Shown piece after piece: positions 59,061 through 64,000 of a stretch of DNA of 64,000 nucleotides (the stretch's first letter is position 1; each line of letters starts with the position of its first letter). This DNA comes from the human T2T-CHM13v2.0 reference genome, Homo sapiens. The position numbers and the translations under genes were made by a program. The stretch lies in NCBI RefSeq assembly GCF_009914755.1, contig NC_060927.1; one strand, given 5' to 3'. A model generated the notes under the pieces. It was not told where the DNA came from, did not search any database, and saw only the letters and a list, made by a program, of their open reading frames with translations.

Positions 59061-60761
59061 TGTTGCAGGACGTTTTCACCCAGGAGCTCTTCTCCGGGTG
59101 TGTGTGTGTGTGCACGCGTGAATACCTGAGCTGGACAGAGAGCGTGGGTGTGGTGTGCGTGTGTGTGTTGGGCAGCCCTGGGGTGGGTCTGGCAATGCCC
59201 TGGCCCACACTTTGTGCCTCCACTTCTCTGGAATTTTTCCTTAGGACAGAAGTTTCTGCTTCTGAGACATCTTCCAAGTCTTCTGTGGGTCCTGGGTTGT
59301 GGGCACCAGATGCCAGGGAGTTATGGAGTGACCAGGACAGGTCCAGCTTGCCTGATGGTCCAGACATCTGTGGGAGACGAGTGAGTCCTGAAATCCAGCC
59401 TCAGAGACACTGCAGAGCCCCAGCAGGCCCCACACCTGGGTGGGGCAGTATTGGAGGATCCTGATGAGGACAAGCTTTTAGGGTCTTGAATGTTTCTAAT
59501 ACAAATAGTTGTATTTATTTGTACTGGTTGATTGGTAGTAGCTACTGGAGTGCTCTGTAGAGAAAGCTTCTGAGGCTGGGTCTGTCTTAGAAGGAAAGAA
59601 TGCTGTTGTCAACCAGTGATGTCTGCCAGAGGCTTGGGACAAGAGTAACACCCATGATATAGATTTCTTCCTTATGTAAGTGATAACTTACATATGAGGA
59701 TGAACCAGTATGTCAGAGAATCCTAGATATTTAGGACGTTAGAAATTATCCAACTCTATCCAACTCACTCATTTATTTCATAACTGGAGACATTGAAGCA
59801 CAAATAGGCAAAATGAGTTGCCCAAGCCCACCTGGGTAGTAGCAGAGAGAAGAGTAGAAGGCAGGTTCTTGACCACCAGTGCCTGTGTCCTTCTGGACAC
59901 ACCCTGCCTCTCCAGTTGGTCCAGTTCCATGTTCAGACAATGTCCTAAATACCAGATTAACTTATTTTATCTGTTGTTTGGGAGTCTTTACACATGGTTG
60001 CCAAGAGAAAGCCTCAAGTGAAGAACTGTTTGTGTTTTTATTGTGTCCCCAGAAGATTCTGGCTAGGGCAGATTTGTAAGGCTGAAGCTTGGAGAATAAA
60101 TCTTAAGAGAGAAGAAAGGAAAGAAACTGGGCTCTGGATATTTGGGAGAATACAAGAACAGAGACATGGAATAGATGTGGTTAAGGGTGGCAACTCCAGT
60201 TAAGTCCAAAGAAGCAGGCTGAGCAGACCAGGAAGGTCTGGGTTAGAGGTAAGGAAGCCTTTCCTGAGGGTGCAGGGAGCTGCCTCTGGCATGGGCGGCC
60301 TCACAATCCCTTCTGCACAAGTGGACCCAGTGGGAACCTGCAGAGCCCTGCTGAGTAGAGGAGTTCTTAGGAGTTGGAGCCAGGAGCTGCAGGTTCCAGC
60401 TCATCTCACACAAAGTGTGTCATGGGCTGTGCCTGTGCTTCACTTTCCTTCCTGGTGCATGGGGTTAGCCACCTGCTACTGCATGATGCAGTGAGAGTCA
60501 AAGGAGATAACAGTGGTCAGTCTGTGTGGGAACAAAGAGTTGATTTAAAAGCAAGCATGGAGACTTCTCCTGAGGCCTCTGTGAAGCGAACCGTAAGCCC
60601 TGTTTAACAGTCTTTTTGTTTATAGATTGGACAGTGTGGACATGGGTGTGTACCATAAGAGGGAATAACATTGAATTACTGGAACTGTCCTGTTGGGAGT
60701 AGCGATGAGCTGCGTTAGGCACTCTATCTCCTTTCATTCTTCTAATAATCCAGTGACACAT

Positions 60762-60857
60762 ATAGTATTATTATCCCCATTTTCCAGAAGAAAAAGCTAA
60801 GGCTCAGAGAAGTCAAGTTGCATGTCCAAGAATATGCACTCAGTAGGTGGCAGAGCA
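60762..60857 (-). mobile_element. MIR
   Basis: tattattatccccattttccagaagaaaaagctaaggctcagagaagtcaagttgcatgtccaag...gtaggtggcagagc. Confidence 0.75.
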
Positions 60858-61110
60858 CTTACCCCACCTGCCTGCCGTCAGGGAGGCTGCCATCTGTAAA
60901 TTAGTCTGAGGGAGGACTGGCATGAGGTCACCTTGTCCAGGACCTTGTACCCATTTCCAACTGTATGTATCATCTGGACTTACCACAGGTGTCTGTGGGT
61001 GAATAAAGACCTAAAGTTTACTTCTGGGTGGGTATCATCTGTGTGTGTTTATGCACCCATGCACCTTAGGAAAGGGTGGCCAAGGTAGAATCCAGAACAG
61101 GGAGAGAAAT

Positions 61111-61146
61111 TGTATTAGGGCTCTCCAGAACAATAGCGTCAATAGA

Positions 61147-61184
<38 letters not shown>
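61111..61184 (-). mobile_element. MLT2-type LTR terminus running into a (TG)18 microsatellite (61148-61184)
   Basis: tgtattagggctctccagaa...caatagaatgtgtgtg resembles the MLT2 end, which normally leads into an internal microsatellite. Confidence 0.65.
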
Positions 61185-61185
<1 letters not shown>

Positions 61186-61190
61186 ACACA

Positions 61191-61365
61191 CAGTGATGTG
61201 CTGCGTAATGATGTTTCAGTCAATGGTGGACTGCATATAGGATGCTGGTCCCATAAGATTATAACGGAGGTGAAAGATTCCTATTGCCTAGTGATGCTGT
61301 AGCCATCATAATGTCGAAGCACAATGCATTACTTGTGTGTCTGTGGTGACACTGGCATAAACAAA
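61191..61365. mobile_element. Tigger3(b) terminal fragment
   Basis: cagtgatgtgctgcgtaatgatgtttcagtcaatggtggactgcatata...ggtcccataagattataac...ttcctattgcctagtga. Confidence 0.8.
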
Positions 61366-63860
61366 TTATATAATATATACAAATTATATATTATATATGA
61401 AATTTATATATAATATATAATATATATAATATATTTAATTATATTTAAATATATAATTTATATATAATATATTTAATTATATTTAAATATATAATTTATA
61501 TATAATATATAAAACAAATTATATAATATATAAAAATATATCTTATAGTATATTATATATTATACAATATAATATATTATATATAATATATAATATATTA
61601 TATATTATAATATATAAATACATAATATATTATATTTATATATTATAATATACATTATAATATATATAATATATTATATTTATATATTATAATATACATT
61701 ATAATATATATAATATAAATTATATATAATATAAATATATATAATATATATTTATATTTATATATTTTATTTATTTTTTTAAAAAATATATATATTTATA
61801 TATATTTAAATATAAATATATAATTTTTGTATATTATATTTATATATTTATATTTATATATAATATATAATTTATATAATATACATAATTTATATAATAT
61901 ATAATATATTATATAAATAATATATAAATATATAATAAATATATAATATATATTTATATATTATATATTATATATTTTAATATTTTTTTATATTTTATAT
62001 ATAAAAATATTATATTTTTATGTATATTTAAATATAAATATATAATTTTTATATATTTATATTTATATATTTATATTTATATATAATATATAATTTATAT
62101 AATATATAATTTATATAATATATAATTTATATAATATATATGTAATTTATATTTCTATAATATATAAATATAATATATTTATATATAATTTATATATATA
62201 ATATACATAATATAATATATTAATATATTATATTATGTATATTATATATATAAATTATATATAATATAATATATTAATATATTATATATATTATAGATAT
62301 AATATATATAATATAAATTATATAATACATATAATGTATATAATTTATATATATATAATTTATATATAATATATTATATATTATATATATTATATTATAA
62401 TTATATAATTATATATTTTATAATATATATATTATATTTATATTTTATATAATATATTATATAATATATATTATATAAATTAAAAAATATATATATTTTA
62501 ATATATATATTAAATATATAAAAAATATAAAATATATATTTATAATATATATTTTATATATTTATATATTTATTAAATATATATAAATATATATTAAATA
62601 TAAAAATATATAAAATAAAAAAAATATATATTTATAATATATATAATATAATATACATAATAATTATATATAATAATTATATATAATTATTATATATAAT
62701 AATTATATATAATTATTATATATAATAATTATATATAATATATATTATATATATTGTATATAATATATATAATATATTATATAAATAATGTATAAATATA
62801 TATTACAAATATATATTATATATTTATATATTATAAATATACAATGTATATTATATATTATAAATATATATTGTATATTTATATATTATAAATATATATT
62901 ATATATTATAAATATATATTGTATATATATTATAAATATATATTGTATATATTATAAATATATGTTGTATATATATTATAAATATATGTTGTATATATAT
63001 TATAAATATATGTTGTATATATATTATAAATATATGTTGTATATATATTATAAATATATGTTGTATATATATTATAAATATATGTTGTATATATATTATA
63101 AATATATGTTGTATATATATTATAAATATATGTTGTATATATATTATAAATATATGTTGTATATATATTATAAATATATGTTGTATATATATTATAAATA
63201 TATGTTGTATATATATTATAAATATATGTTGTATATATATTATAAATATATGTTGTATATATATTATAAATATATGTTGTATATATTATAAATATATATT
63301 ATATATATATTATAAATATATATTATAAATATATATTATATATTATAAATATATATTATAAATATATATTATATATTATAAATATATATTATAAATATAT
63401 ATTATAAATATATAATATATATTATAAAATATAATATATATTAAATATATAATATATATTATAAATATATATTATAAATATATAATATATATTATAAATA
63501 TATATTATTTATATATCATATATAAAATATTATATATTTATATATTATAAATATATTATATATTATAAATATATAATATATTTTATAATATTATATATTT
63601 TCTATATTTATATATTATATAAATATATATAATATATTATATATAATATAAATATATAATATATAATATGTAATATAAATATATAATATATAATATATTA
63701 TATAAATATATATAATATATTATATATTATATATAATATAATATATTAAATGTTAAATATAATATAATATAATATATATAATATATAAATATATATATTT
63801 ATATAATATATAAATAGAAAAAAATAATATATATAATATATAAATATATATAAATATACA
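61366..63860. repeat. ~2.5 kb AT-rich low-complexity/minisatellite tract
   Basis: Nearly pure A/T, with internal 40-45 bp duplications, inverted symmetry and a VNTR. Confidence 0.97.
62947..63282 (+). repeat. VNTR, 14 x 24 bp (atatattataaatatatgttgtat)
   Basis: The ORF track shows IYYKYMLY repeated 14 times, and the units appear identical in the sequence. Confidence 0.93.
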
Positions 63861-63862
63861 TA

Positions 63863-63992
63863 CACACACATACTGTGCAGCGATGCAAAAATATTTTCTT
63901 TCTTTATATTCTTATTTTGTAAGCCTTTTTCTGTTTTTAATTTTTTTAACCTTTTAATCTATTTTGTTAAAAACTAAGACACGAACACACGC
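63863..63992. mobile_element. Tigger3 internal fragment, in the opposite orientation to 61191-61365
   Basis: caaaaatattttctttctttatattcttattttgtaagc...ttttgttaaaaactaagacacgaacacac. Confidence 0.7.
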
Positions 63993-64000
63993 AAAAGGTT

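Noticed and set aside
47000-60800. Many 60-170 aa ORFs on both strands in the GC-richer half
   Set aside because: They have the size and number expected by chance, many have non-ATG starts, and there is no domain similarity or consistent exon chain.
62788-63291. 167-aa ORF with repeating IYYKYMLY, and a superficially array-like structure
   Set aside because: It is the translation of an AT-rich VNTR. The units are head-to-tail with no unique spacers, so it is neither CRISPR nor a gene.

Overview
This is non-coding primate genomic DNA (great-ape or human-like, judged from an AluY and a young L1PA2/3-type insertion). No intact protein-coding gene, RNA gene or CRISPR array can be supported, and almost all ORF-track entries are repeat-derived or chance ORFs. 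Positions 1 to ~41 kb are AT-rich and dense in nested, mostly minus-strand L1 elements. That part also holds about ten Alus, a processed RPL7L1 pseudogene (~26.9-29.55 kb, minus strand), a MER52-type LTR, an ERVL-type solo LTR and MER44/MER3 DNA-transposon fossils. Positions ~41-61 kb are GC-richer unique sequence with MIR/L2 relics, a consensus CTCF motif and two candidate plus-strand exons. The window ends in a ~2.5 kb almost pure A/T tract containing an 86-bp perfect palindrome and a 14 x 24-bp VNTR. I found no new gene system; the notable biology is structural. (1) A chimeric segment at 12.6-16.4 kb appears copied from two neighbouring L1s and forms an inverted repeat with 22.2-23.8 kb. 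Its core is more homogeneous (~97%) than its flank (~91%), and the core is bounded by two arm-specific Alus. (2) An L1PA insertion has a 5' inversion and an unusually large ~1.1 kb internal gap. (3) A triple fold-back scar sits at 10.1 kb. (4) The PATRR-like AT palindrome lies between oppositely oriented Tigger3 pieces. Repeat subfamily names come from memory of consensus sequences, identities were counted by eye, and boundaries of old repeats are approximate.
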